A stretch of 64,000 bases of DNA from Candidatus Heimdallarchaeota archaeon (lineage in GTDB: Archaea; Asgardarchaeota; Heimdallarchaeia; Heimdallarchaeales; Heimdallarchaeaceae). Shown here piece by piece: positions 1-9,917 of this stretch (position 1 is the stretch's first letter; every line of letters starts with the position of its first letter). Location of the stretch: NCBI GenBank assembly GCA_016840095.1, contig JAEOSZ010000066.1, positions 55,850-119,849 on the forward strand. The letters run 5' to 3'. Under the pieces are notes generated by a model. The model ran no database searches. It was given only the letters and a program-made list of their open reading frames with translations, and was not told where the DNA came from. The position numbers and the translations under genes are program-made.

Positions 1-2
1 GT

Positions 3-1097
3 CTTTCATTAAAAGAACTTGAAATACCATTAGATGCTTTATCTAATTCAGGATTGGCCTATTTCATCGCTGAAGGCATTACTGAAAACTATCCAAAATT
101 CTCAGGATTAGCCTTGATTGGTGGTTTAGCTAATAAACAAGTTGACTCTAAGAGCCAGAAATTGATAGGCATCAATAGATTTATTCTTGAAGAAGGAAAA
201 AAAGAAGAAATACTTAAAGAAACCGTAGGAACAAGGATATCTGGAAGAGAGAGTCTCCCTATTCATTTAGCTTTAAAGTATTCAATAAATCCATATTTTC
301 CAGGTTTAACTGGAAGCGAAGAAGCTTGTACTTCCTTTGTATCTAGATTGGGAATTTCAATGAAAGATCAAGATGGCAACTGGAGAACCATTTCATCGCT
401 TACAACAGAAGAAACTAAAAAATTGTATGATAGATTGATAGCTCTACTAGTTGAAGAAAAATCCCAATTCAAGACAGAATCGTTAATCGGTCCAATCTAT
501 ATTATTCTTACAGAAACAAAAAAAAGCCAGACAAGAAATGCAGAGGAGTATTTGTGGTTACTAGATGGAGCATGCAAATTGAGGAAATATGGCTTGGCCC
601 TTGCTGTTATTTTAGGCGATAGAACAAATGTTTACGATGAACTTAAACGAAAAATGGACAACTATCATGGCAATGCAGCTCAGATAATAGAAAAAATTAC
701 ACAGGAGAGTTCTATTGTAGAAAATAAGAAACATTATAGAATAATTGAGAATCAAGCTATTTTTGACTTAGAATCCGCTCCTCTTGTAATTAAAGCGCTA
801 GTAGAAAGCAATATTATTGCAATTGATAAACCACTACTACTTCATTTGAAAGAGAAGAACATGAATTATTTGTACATGCATGATTCTCCTAAGCAAATTC
901 AAAAAGGACTTCAATTATATCATGTGATTCAAGATTTTATTAAAAGAAAAATACTTCCTGAATCAAGTTTCAAGGGAGAAACTGATTTCTTCAGATTAGT
1001 ATTAACAGATGAGGATTATTTGACAATACTTGAGGAATTAGAAAAATCACTTAAGTATCATCATGATGGAACAAAAACAGTTAGTAATTCGGAATAA
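3..1097 (+). CDS. DHH-family RecJ/GAN-like ssDNA exonuclease, C-terminal part (5' truncated by window edge)
   Basis: Frame is open from position 3. Sequence resembles archaeal DHH proteins (G.N..IL.EG, R..L..AL.YS..P..PGLTG). It sits in the conserved RecJ-Pcc1-S3Ae gene order. Confidence 0.75.
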   Translation, partial: LSLKELEIPLDALSNSGLAYFIAEGITENYPKFSGLALIGGLANKQVDSKSQKLIGINRFILEEGKKEEILKETVGTRISGRESLPIHLALKYSINPYFPGLTGSEEACTSFVSRLGISMKDQDGNWRTISSLTTEETKKLYDRLIALLVEEKSQFKTESLIGPIYIILTETKKSQTRNAEEYLWLLDGACKLRKYGLALAVILGDRTNVYDELKRKMDNYHGNAAQIIEKITQESSIVENKKHYRIIENQAIFDLESAPLVIKALVESNIIAIDKPLLLHLKEKNMNYLYMHDSPKQIQKGLQLYHVIQDFIKRKILPESSFKGETDFFRLVLTDEDYLTILEELEKSLKYHHDGTKTVSNSE

Positions 1098-1108
1098 AAG
1101 GGAAACAT

Positions 1109-1366
1109 ATGATCTCACATGAATCTAGCTTCAAAATTATTATCAAATGCAAAAATAATGAAATTGCCCAAATCATCGCTAAAAGCTTAGAACCAGAAAA
1201 CCAACATGTTGATAATAATACCACAATCAGTATGCAAGTTAAAGATTGTAAATTGATTGTGCAACTAGAATCTTCTTCATCTGTTTCAACAATAAGAAAT
1301 ACTATCGATGATATAATCAGTACAATAAACACAGTTGAATCAGTCTACAAGAGTGTTAAGAGCTGA
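1109..1366 (+). CDS. pcc1: KEOPS complex subunit Pcc1
   Basis: 85 aa with A..I..SLEPEN and S.STIRNTIDDI motifs; lies between RecJ and S3Ae. Confidence 0.85.
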   Translation: MISHESSFKIIIKCKNNEIAQIIAKSLEPENQHVDNNTTISMQVKDCKLIVQLESSSSVSTIRNTIDDIISTINTVESVYKSVKS

Positions 1367-1478
1367 AACTCACCTGTTCTAAATCTCATCTTTTAGCTAA
1401 TTTCAAAGATTATAATCAAACATAATCTTTAAAACTCAATTAAAGAAGAAGGAAAACAACAGTTTAGAGGTTAAACCA

Positions 1479-2135
1479 TTGTCATCTCGAAGACCAACTC
1501 GAAAATCTAAAGGAAAACCAAAAGTAGTAGACAAATGGAAAGAAAAATCTTGGTACGATGTAGCTGCTGCAAGTTATATTGTTGATAAATCCTTAGGGGA
1601 AACTCCAGCAAGTGAGCCTGAAAAATTATATGGCAGAGTAATTGAAATGGCTAGACTTGGAGTTGCTGAGGACATCTTTTATGATATTAATCTAAAGATC
1701 AGATTTCGAATAACAAGTGTTGAAGGAAATATTTGCAGAACTGAGTTTGATGGGCATGAAATAGCTAAAGAACAAATCAGATCTCAGATTCGAAGAAATC
1801 GTTCAAAGATTGAAGCAATCCAAAATATTGTTACAAAAGACAGGGCAAGATTAAGAGTTTCATCTATCGTTATCACACCTATTAGGTGTGGAACAAGCAC
1901 ACAAAAAGTTGTTAGAAAAGCAATTGAAGACTTAGTGAGAACAACAGCTAGAGCTCAAACATTTGTAGAATTTGCTCAAAGCATGATTAACGGATCAATT
2001 GCTGAAGAGATGAAGAAAGTTGTTAAAAAGATATATCCAGTAGTTATGGTGGATGTAAGAAAAAGCAAGGTTATAGTACTACCTGGTGCTTCTACTGCTG
2101 CACAGCAAGTTGCAGCAACCGGCGTAACAGTTTAG
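1479..2135 (+). CDS. rps3ae: 30S ribosomal protein S3Ae (eS1)
   Basis: DKWK.KSWY, GETPA..PE.L.GR and KKIYP motifs. Confidence 0.95.
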   Translation: MSSRRPTRKSKGKPKVVDKWKEKSWYDVAAASYIVDKSLGETPASEPEKLYGRVIEMARLGVAEDIFYDINLKIRFRITSVEGNICRTEFDGHEIAKEQIRSQIRRNRSKIEAIQNIVTKDRARLRVSSIVITPIRCGTSTQKVVRKAIEDLVRTTARAQTFVEFAQSMINGSIAEEMKKVVKKIYPVVMVDVRKSKVIVLPGASTAAQQVAATGVTV

Positions 2136-2157
2136 AAGATTAACTCTTCTATTTCTT

Positions 2158-3357
2158 TTATTTTACGGCAGAAACAATTTTAACTATATCATTATTTTGC
2201 AACTCGTAATCTGCACCTACTCTTCTACCAGATGGGGCTAATGTTCCATGAATGAAGTTTTTTGCGAAATCAGTATGAACTTTTCCAGCAAGTTCTTTGG
2301 CAGTAGTTCCTTTTGGAACCAAATATGCATCAGGGAGAATATTTCCTGACTTATCCGTAAATTTTGAAACATCTTCTACAGGAAAAACGACTATCATATT
2401 GAATAAATTAAAGATAACATGAGATAGTATTTCTTGTACTCCAGTAGAACCATATTTCTGAAGTATATCAGAATTAATCTTTTCTAGAAGTTCTACTTTT
2501 TTATCCCCTAGTTTTTCTTGATCTAGTATCTTAAAACTCGGATCTCCAGGAGTATATGAAAGAGTAGAATTTTCTTGTTCAGTTCTTAAAAAAACTTCAG
2601 CTAAAGATGAAGCTGGAAAGACATCACTATTTAGTTCTTCTTTCATTTTAGAAAAATTCTTGTGTGAAGAAGGCAGATCAATTTTATTAGCTACTATAAC
2701 TAGAGGTTTTGCTTTTTCTCTTATTGTAGTTATTAATTCATCTAGTTTTTCATCCCAAGTATTCGCATCATCATCTATAATTCCAACTTCTCTGATAGAT
2801 ACTTCAATTGTTTGTTTTTTTATTGCTAATCCTGTTAATTTCTCATGTAAAAGCATTGAAAATTTAATTTTTTCAGCAGAAGCTTTCTTCTTCATGGTAA
2901 CATAATCTCGATTTATAATTGCCTTTATCCAAGCATCAATTTCTTTCTCAAGGAATTTAACATCATCCAAAGGATCCCAAGTTCCTTTATCTATTTGGTT
3001 CCCTTCAGCATCTAAAGAACCACTTGCATCTACAACATGAATCAGAACATCAGCTTGTCTTAAATCATCTAGGAATTGGTTACCTAGTCCTCTACCTTCA
3101 GAAGCACCAGGAACTAATCCAGCTACATCTAGAAACTGTACAGGAAGATAACGAATTCCTTCCTTACAGAGAGAATTTTTAGGTGTATCTTCAACATTAA
3201 GTTCTTTACAAACGCATGGACTCCTCACATAAGCTGTTCCTCTATTCGGATCTTTTGTTGTAAAAGGATAATCCCCTACCTTTGCGTTCACCATCGTAAG
3301 AGCATTAAGAAATGTGCTTTTTCCAGAACTAGGTTTTCCTACTATTCCAACTAACAT
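2158..3357 (-). CDS. ychF: YchF/Ola1-family OBG ATPase/GTPase with C-terminal TGS domain
   Basis: [34 protein letters not shown] and NKID motifs. Start moved to the MLVGIVG Met. Confidence 0.93.
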   Translation of the reverse strand: MLVGIVGKPSSGKSTFLNALTMVNAKVGDYPFTTKDPNRGTAYVRSPCVCKELNVEDTPKNSLCKEGIRYLPVQFLDVAGLVPGASEGRGLGNQFLDDLRQADVLIHVVDASGSLDAEGNQIDKGTWDPLDDVKFLEKEIDAWIKAIINRDYVTMKKKASAEKIKFSMLLHEKLTGLAIKKQTIEVSIREVGIIDDDANTWDEKLDELITTIREKAKPLVIVANKIDLPSSHKNFSKMKEELNSDVFPASSLAEVFLRTEQENSTLSYTPGDPSFKILDQEKLGDKKVELLEKINSDILQKYGSTGVQEILSHVIFNLFNMIVVFPVEDVSKFTDKSGNILPDAYLVPKGTTAKELAGKVHTDFAKNFIHGTLAPSGRRVGADYELQNNDIVKIVSAVK

Positions 3358-3475
3358 TACTAGTCTAATTTCATCCAAAAATAAAGACTTTTTGTATAAA
3401 TGAGTATTTTTCGAAAAAACCGGCAATATGATACATAATCTCAATCTTTTTTAGTGTACCAAAGTTCAATAATAT

Positions 3476-3829
3476 ATGTCTGATAGAAGACAATCCAGTG
3501 AAGAAGGAGACGATAAGGAAGATTTCCAGAGTCATTTTCCAGCCATATTTAAAGAAATAATGGAAGGAGAAAACCAAATAGAAGAAGAGGAAAGAAGAAC
3601 TACTACTGGAACTAAAAAGGTAAGAAAATTCCAAGGTTACACACCTAGTGTAATAGATTTTATTTGTCGATGTTCAACTGAAGAGGAAGCTAGGGAAATC
3701 ATTGACTACATGTATAAAAAAGGCGATATTTCTGAAAAAATTGCAAATGAGTTGAAAAAACAACTAAAAGAAAAAGGTTTAGATTTTTTTGGAGAACACA
3801 GAGCTCCAGGTTATTATGAAAGAGCTTGA
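3476..3829 (+). CDS. DUF2095-family protein
   Basis: F.GY.P.VIDFI.RC.TEEEA.EIIDY and FG..R.PGYY signature. Confidence 0.8.
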   Translation: MSDRRQSSEEGDDKEDFQSHFPAIFKEIMEGENQIEEEERRTTTGTKKVRKFQGYTPSVIDFICRCSTEEEAREIIDYMYKKGDISEKIANELKKQLKEKGLDFFGEHRAPGYYERA

Positions 3830-3849
3830 AAAAAAAGTTAGAGAAGGTG

Positions 3850-5064
3850 TTATTCCTTCTTATATGCAATATCACCGTCAATGAAGGTTACTTTATTTTC
3901 AGCGTAGAAATCTTCGAGGGGATGATTAGTCCAGATAACAATATCAGCATCCTTTCCAGCTTCAAGTGTTCCAACACGATCACTTACTCCAATCATTTCA
4001 GCGGCATTGATAGTTATTGCTTTTAATGCTTCATTTACAGGTAATCCTTCTTTAATTGCCATACAAGGCAGTATTTGGAAGTGTTTTAATCGAGTAAAGG
4101 AATCACTTTGAATTGATATTTTTACACCAGCTTTCCACAATATCCTAGGGGTTTCAAAACTGATATTGCGCAATTCAACTTTTTCAAAACCTACAAGTGA
4201 TGGACCTACTGATACAGGGACACCTTTTTTAGCAATATAATCTGCAATCTTATGACCTTCAGTTGCATGCACAAGCATCATGTCAATATTAAATTCCTCT
4301 GCTAGTCTTATTGCTGTTACAATATCATTTGCTTGATGACAATGGAAGTTCAATGGTATTTCTTTGTTTAAAACTTTGAGTAGCATTTCTTTGTTTAGTT
4401 CTCTATCTGGCTCTGAAGGTATCTTATCTAGTTCATCTTTTTCTTCTGCCTGCTTCTTCTTTGATTCATATTCATCCCATTTCTTTCCATAATTTTGAGC
4501 ATCTACAAAGGCTTTTCTAAATACTGCTGCTGTCCCCATTCTTGTTGAAGGTAGTTTCTTATCTGTTCCATATACTCTCTTAGGATTTTCTCCTAATGCA
4601 GCTTTCATAGATGATGGGGTCTTTACAATTAAATCATCTACTATTTTACTCTTACAATATGTTTTGATTATAGTGTCAGTTCCGCCTATAACATTTCCAC
4701 TTCCTGGACCAGTTTGAATTGTGGTAACTCCACCTATTCGTGCTTCTTCTAAACCAGGATCTTCTGGGTTGATTGCATCTAATGCTCTCACATGTGCAGT
4801 ATTTGGGTCTGTCATTTCATTTCCATCAAATCCTGCCCAACCTATACTCCCATCAAACAATCCTTGGTGAGTATGGGAATCAATAAAACCAGGAAGAACA
4901 TGATTTCCAGTTGCATCAATTATCTCGTAGCCTTCTGGAATATTTGCTTCTCCTTCACTAATGCTTTCTATTTTGCCATCCTTAATCAAAATAGTACCTT
5001 TTTCGATTATTTCTGCATCTTTGTTTACTGTATAAATTTTACCATTAGTAATTGCGTAGTTCAT
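3850..5064 (-). CDS. Metal-dependent amidohydrolase (imidazolonepropionase-like)
   Basis: PGFIDSHTH, MKAALGENPK and G.LE.GKDAD motifs. Confidence 0.9.
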   Translation of the reverse strand: MNYAITNGKIYTVNKDAEIIEKGTILIKDGKIESISEGEANIPEGYEIIDATGNHVLPGFIDSHTHQGLFDGSIGWAGFDGNEMTDPNTAHVRALDAINPEDPGLEEARIGGVTTIQTGPGSGNVIGGTDTIIKTYCKSKIVDDLIVKTPSSMKAALGENPKRVYGTDKKLPSTRMGTAAVFRKAFVDAQNYGKKWDEYESKKKQAEEKDELDKIPSEPDRELNKEMLLKVLNKEIPLNFHCHQANDIVTAIRLAEEFNIDMMLVHATEGHKIADYIAKKGVPVSVGPSLVGFEKVELRNISFETPRILWKAGVKISIQSDSFTRLKHFQILPCMAIKEGLPVNEALKAITINAAEMIGVSDRVGTLEAGKDADIVIWTNHPLEDFYAENKVTFIDGDIAYKKE

Positions 5065-5171
5065 TCTAATTTTCTTCTTTCAAATAAACTTTTAAACTGA
5101 TTCCTCTGGATATGGCTTTCCAAACCTCAAAGAGAGGAGGGTTTAAAAATTGAATTATCTGTTAACCATCA

Positions 5172-5510
5172 GTGAATATAATGACTACAGATTTAACAGA
5201 AAAACTGAAAGAATTTGGTAAAGAAATGAAGGATTGGGACAAGAAAAAGACAAGTGTCTCAGGAGTAACCATTGTGAAATTACCTACAAAAGGAGATGAC
5301 ATTAATCTTGGTTTAGAAATCAATCCAGAAAGAGAAGATGGAACTCCGCTTAAGAGAAAGGGTTTATTTATTACTTCTCTTGAACAATGGGAAGCATTTA
5401 AGGAAATTTTCTCAAATACTAAGGCATTTGATCTCATTCAAAGTATCAACAATTTAAAAACACCAAAAACAGTAGCTCCAGAAGAAGCAGAAGAAGTTTT
5501 TGAAGTATAA
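5172..5510 (+). CDS. Conserved archaeal hypothetical protein (possible PC4-like ssDNA-binding fold)
   Basis: Beta-rich core LEINP...G.P.KRKGL followed by a helix and an acidic tail. The fold call is inference. Confidence 0.55.
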   Translation: MNIMTTDLTEKLKEFGKEMKDWDKKKTSVSGVTIVKLPTKGDDINLGLEINPEREDGTPLKRKGLFITSLEQWEAFKEIFSNTKAFDLIQSINNLKTPKTVAPEEAEEVFEV

Positions 5511-5538
5511 TCAACTATACCCAAGGTGACAAAATAGA

Positions 5539-6840
5539 ATGAAAGTTGTTATACTAGCAGCTGGCGAGGGTATAAGGTTACAACCCTTAACTGATTCTAG
5601 TCCAAAACCAATGTTGAAAGTTCTTGGAGAACCCATTTTAAAAAGAATAATAGATGGTTTTCTCAAATCTGGAATCAAATCATTTGTAATTGTCACACAT
5701 TATATGGAAGAAAAAATCAGTAATTTCTTAGCTAAGGAATTTCCTTCTATTGAGTTTACTTTTCTCCATCAAGAGGAGTTGAAGGGAACAGGTAATGCTC
5801 TGTTTTTGACAAAAAACGAAATTAGTGATGATTTCTTCATTGCAGTGAACGGAGATTGTATATTTTCTGAATCTTTAATAAAACAAACAGTTAAAGCAGC
5901 TGAAGCTGGCTCTATCTCTGTTGGAGGAAAATATACAAAAGACACAGAAAATTTTGGAATCATTATTGTAGATGAGAATGACAAACCCATTAAAATGGTA
6001 GAAAAACCAAAAAAAGAAAATATTCCTTCGGGTTATGCAAATATTGGGTTGTATTCCTTAAGCAGAGAGATATTCAAAATTCTTGGTAATAAACATGAGA
6101 ATAATGATGTTTCTTCAAGAGGAGAATATGAGATTCCAGATGCAGTTAACTTGTTATTAACTAACGGTAAATATCCAACAAGTTTAGTGAAACTCAAAGA
6201 AAATGATTATTGGTTTGATTTAGGACGACCTTGGTCCTTATTGAAAGCAAATGAATATCTTCTATCAATAATTAAAGACAGAAGAGAAGGTACAATAGAA
6301 GAAAATGTACACATCAAAGGCAATATAATTCTTAAGAAAGGAGCAATTTTAAGGAGTGGAACCTATATTGACGGTCCCGCATTCTTTGACGAAGGGGCTG
6401 ATATTGGTCCCAATTGTTACATCAGGAAATTTTCATTCTTTGGTAAGAAAGCAAGAATAGGGAATGGATGCGAAGTCAAGAATTCTGTTATTGGCAATAA
6501 TACACATGCTGCACACCTCTCATATATCGGGGATTCAATCATTGATGATGACTGTAATCTAGCAGCTGGAACAATCACCGCTAATTTACGCATTGATAAA
6601 AAATCAATTCTTGTGTCTGTTAAAGGAATAAAGGAAGATAGTGGTAGGAGAAAACTAGGGGTGATCATGGGTAAGGGAGTAGAAACAGGCATAGGTGCTC
6701 TATTGATGCCTGGAGTAAAAATAGGTAGTAATTCTTGGATAGGTGCTGGAACGATTGTTAAAGAAGATATACCTCCAGATTCAATTTATTTTAGTTCACA
6801 GAATTATACTGTAAAAAGGAAAAGAAAAGATGCAGATTAA
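5539..6840 (+). CDS. glmU: Bifunctional sugar-1-phosphate nucleotidylyltransferase/acetyltransferase (GlmU-like)
   Basis: LAAGEG.RL.PLT...PKPM N-terminus plus hexapeptide repeats (HLSYIGDS). Confidence 0.9.
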   Translation: MKVVILAAGEGIRLQPLTDSSPKPMLKVLGEPILKRIIDGFLKSGIKSFVIVTHYMEEKISNFLAKEFPSIEFTFLHQEELKGTGNALFLTKNEISDDFFIAVNGDCIFSESLIKQTVKAAEAGSISVGGKYTKDTENFGIIIVDENDKPIKMVEKPKKENIPSGYANIGLYSLSREIFKILGNKHENNDVSSRGEYEIPDAVNLLLTNGKYPTSLVKLKENDYWFDLGRPWSLLKANEYLLSIIKDRREGTIEENVHIKGNIILKKGAILRSGTYIDGPAFFDEGADIGPNCYIRKFSFFGKKARIGNGCEVKNSVIGNNTHAAHLSYIGDSIIDDDCNLAAGTITANLRIDKKSILVSVKGIKEDSGRRKLGVIMGKGVETGIGALLMPGVKIGSNSWIGAGTIVKEDIPPDSIYFSSQNYTVKRKRKDAD

Positions 6841-8443
6841 AGAACTGAATGCAATAAAGAAAAATTGGACCCATGAAAAAATCAAAATCGGTTTAATTTA
6901 TCCGAATACTTATCGTGTAGCTATGACAAGTTTAGGTGTTCAGCTGTTATATTTCTTATTTAATGATGACAAAGATCTCCTTTGTGAACGAATTTTCAAA
7001 CCTCTAAATCCTAAAATTGCTCCTTATTCATTGGAAAGTCAGAAGAATCTCAAAGACTTCGATGTTTTAGCAATTTCCTGTCAATTTGAACACGATTACA
7101 TTCAAGCAATTGATTTGTTGTTTAGAGGTGGAATTAATCCTGATGTTAGGCAGAGAAAGGATTCAGATCCATTAATCATTTTAGGTGGTCCTTCTATAAC
7201 TGCAAATCCATTTCCTGTTTTATTTGCTGGAGATATCTTCTTCTTAGGTGACATAGAACCAGTCAGCGAAGATTTCATCTCAGCTTTAAAACATCCAAGC
7301 AAGAAGAAAAAAACAGAAGCACTAACCTCAGTACAGGGTATTATTGCCTATTCTTATCATTTTACAGATGAAGGAAAATGGATAGGTAACAAAGTTAAAA
7401 GTGTCAAACTAAAAGATATTTCTAATTCTTTTTATCCTATAAAACAAATTATACCTGAAGGCGTAAAAGGCACTAAGAATGAACCTATTTTTGGTAAAGC
7501 ATATTATTTAGAGACAGATAGAGGATGCTCAGAAAGGTGTAAATTCTGCTTTGTAGGTCATTGCAGATTTCCCAGAACTTCAAGATCCCTAGATAGTTTA
7601 ATTGATATTATTGATCATGCTAGTGAAGTGAATGATTTTGACAAGATAGTTCTTTATGGTAGTGCTATTGCACAATCTGGTACTCTTGAGGAACTGATAG
7701 AATATATTGTGGATAGGGGGTATGAAGTATCTTGTTCATCGTTCAGAGCGGACTATCTTTCAGAAAAGCTGTTAAAAACGCTTAGAAAAGGAAAACAGCG
7801 CACTCTATCTTTAGCTCCTGAAACTGGGGATGAATCTCTCAGAATGGCTCTGAATAAAAGAATGGATGATGAAACAATTTTCTCTGCCCTTAAGATTGCT
7901 TGGGACACAGGTTTTAGACAAATAAAGCTTTATATGATCTATGGATTTCCTTGTGAAGACGAAAAAATAAGAGACGAAACAAAGAACTTCTTAAGTACAA
8001 TCAGAAGCAGCTATTTTCCTACAGGACGAATAGGAATTTCCATGAATCAGTTTATCACAAAAGCGCATACTCCTTTTCAATTTGCACCAATGATAGGAGT
8101 TAAGGAATCTAAAGAGGAGCAAAAGTGGTATAAAAGCAATTTATATCAAATAAAAAATATTGATCTGTCGCTTTACGCACCAGAGTGGTCAATAATTCAA
8201 AGAGTTTTATCCTTACAGAATCATGAGTATTATCCTGTTATTTATCAAATCGCTAAAGGAAAAAATACTGTTGGAAGTTGGAAAATAGCTCTCAAAGAAA
8301 TTGATAGTAGTTTAGATATGGAAGCTAAATGGAATTATGGGATTGATCAACCACTTCCTTGGGACAACATTGTTCATACTTTAGAAAAGAAAACACTTAT
8401 TTCTTCTTATTTAAAATATCTCGAAACAATGGAATGCAAGTGA
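6830..8443 (+). CDS. Radical SAM protein with N-terminal B12-binding-like domain
   Basis: RGCSERCKFC (CxxxCxxC), LAPETG and KLYMIYGFP motifs. Confidence 0.85.
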   Translation: MQIKELNAIKKNWTHEKIKIGLIYPNTYRVAMTSLGVQLLYFLFNDDKDLLCERIFKPLNPKIAPYSLESQKNLKDFDVLAISCQFEHDYIQAIDLLFRGGINPDVRQRKDSDPLIILGGPSITANPFPVLFAGDIFFLGDIEPVSEDFISALKHPSKKKKTEALTSVQGIIAYSYHFTDEGKWIGNKVKSVKLKDISNSFYPIKQIIPEGVKGTKNEPIFGKAYYLETDRGCSERCKFCFVGHCRFPRTSRSLDSLIDIIDHASEVNDFDKIVLYGSAIAQSGTLEELIEYIVDRGYEVSCSSFRADYLSEKLLKTLRKGKQRTLSLAPETGDESLRMALNKRMDDETIFSALKIAWDTGFRQIKLYMIYGFPCEDEKIRDETKNFLSTIRSSYFPTGRIGISMNQFITKAHTPFQFAPMIGVKESKEEQKWYKSNLYQIKNIDLSLYAPEWSIIQRVLSLQNHEYYPVIYQIAKGKNTVGSWKIALKEIDSSLDMEAKWNYGIDQPLPWDNIVHTLEKKTLISSYLKYLETMECK

Positions 8444-8444
8444 T

Positions 8445-9101
8445 ATGACTTCTGACTTTCCTCAAACTATTCTAGATGCTCAGATTTTTCAAGAAAAAAT
8501 TGCAAAAAAAGTAATTTTAGAGGACAAATATTCAAAAATTAAGAAAATTGGAGCTTTCGATATTGCTTATAAAGAAGGTAATGCATTTACAGCAGGAATC
8601 GTAATTGACTACGAAAGCGAAGAAATTCTTGAGGAAAAAGTAATAGTTAGCAAAGTTCCTTTTCCCTATGTTCCAACTTATCTATTCCTTCGAGAAGTCC
8701 CTTCATTCATCTCACTATTCTCAGAGATTTCAATAAAACCTGATTTAGTTTTAATTGATGGACATGGTATCGCTCATCCAAAAAACACAGGATCTGCAAC
8801 AGTTTTTGGAGTAACAGCTAAAATTCCTTCTATAGGTGTTGCAAAGAAACCTTTGAGATTTTTCAAATACAAACAAACCGAAAATGAATTTCTAAAACAG
8901 ATTATACTGAAGGAGAAGTTTGTTGGTTTTAGATATCAACCTAAAACAAAATGGAATCCAGTTTTCATATCTCCAGGACACAATGTTTCAGTTAAATCTT
9001 CATTTAAATTGATTCAAAATCTTTTCAAAAATCAATTCAAACTACCTTTGCCTTTACACAAAGCCCACAATTTGGCAACAGAATTTAGAAAAGCAAACTG
9101 A
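8445..9101 (+). CDS. nfi: Endonuclease V
   Basis: FPYVPTYL..RE, DGHGIAHP, SIGVAK and PVFISPGH motifs. Confidence 0.95.
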   Translation: MTSDFPQTILDAQIFQEKIAKKVILEDKYSKIKKIGAFDIAYKEGNAFTAGIVIDYESEEILEEKVIVSKVPFPYVPTYLFLREVPSFISLFSEISIKPDLVLIDGHGIAHPKNTGSATVFGVTAKIPSIGVAKKPLRFFKYKQTENEFLKQIILKEKFVGFRYQPKTKWNPVFISPGHNVSVKSSFKLIQNLFKNQFKLPLPLHKAHNLATEFRKAN

Positions 9102-9600
9102 ATCTGTATCGTATTATACCTTAAGCTTCTTCTTAGTTATTCATTTTTAACAAGCTTTTATTATATCAAAATATCAATTTATGGCAAAAAATTAAACCTA
9201 TTAAGAAATAACACAATAACAGTCTATCTTGCTTGTTTAGTTACTTATTTATGGAAAACTCCTAAAATAGTAGTTTTCCTAAGTATTAGTAGAAAATGGT
9301 TCTTTTTACTACCAAAAGATTAAATTTTTCCTAAAACAACATTTTTTTTGAAAAAAAATTCTACACAAAAATATAAAAAACAAAATACCCCTATTCATGT
9401 TGATTTCTTGCTTTTAAAGCATATTGTGCAAATTTTTAAAGTTGCAGTTTAGGAAACTGTTTTTTTTGTAGTTTTTGTTTGTGGTTTAAAAAAAACGTGA
9501 AAACGGCTTATAACGCCACAAATCAGTTTAAAGCGCATGAATTAATTTTAAATAACTTTAAAAAGGGAACTTGTCGAGTATTGATTAACCAAGTAAGGAA

Positions 9601-9855
9601 ATGGTTTATGTGGCAATAGCTCTTGAAAATCCTAATATTAATCAAAACAATTTAACTGGGTTACCCCCTAGCGCAATTACAATTTTTAAGATAGTAATCG
9701 GCAAAGGACCTATTACTAGTAGTGAAATAGTCGATTTATGCAGTTTAGCTCCAAGAACTGTACGACATGGACTAAAATTGTTAGTCAGAGCTGGTTTAAT
9801 TCAAAAACTTCCTCATTTACTTGATATGAGATCATGTAAATTTTACGTTGATTAA
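9601..9855 (+). CDS. Small winged-helix DNA-binding protein
   Basis: LPPSA..IF...GP.T..EI....LAPRTVR..L..L...GLI....D.R pattern. Confidence 0.8.
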   Translation: MVYVAIALENPNINQNNLTGLPPSAITIFKIVIGKGPITSSEIVDLCSLAPRTVRHGLKLLVRAGLIQKLPHLLDMRSCKFYVD

Positions 9856-9917
9856 AGCACAGAAAATTCTTCTTTGCTTTAATTTTTACTTATTTTTAAG
9901 AATAGAATAAGAGGGGA

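Noticed and set aside
9102-9600. Replication origin
   Set aside because: No ORB-like G-string repeats and no neighbouring orc1/cdc6 gene.
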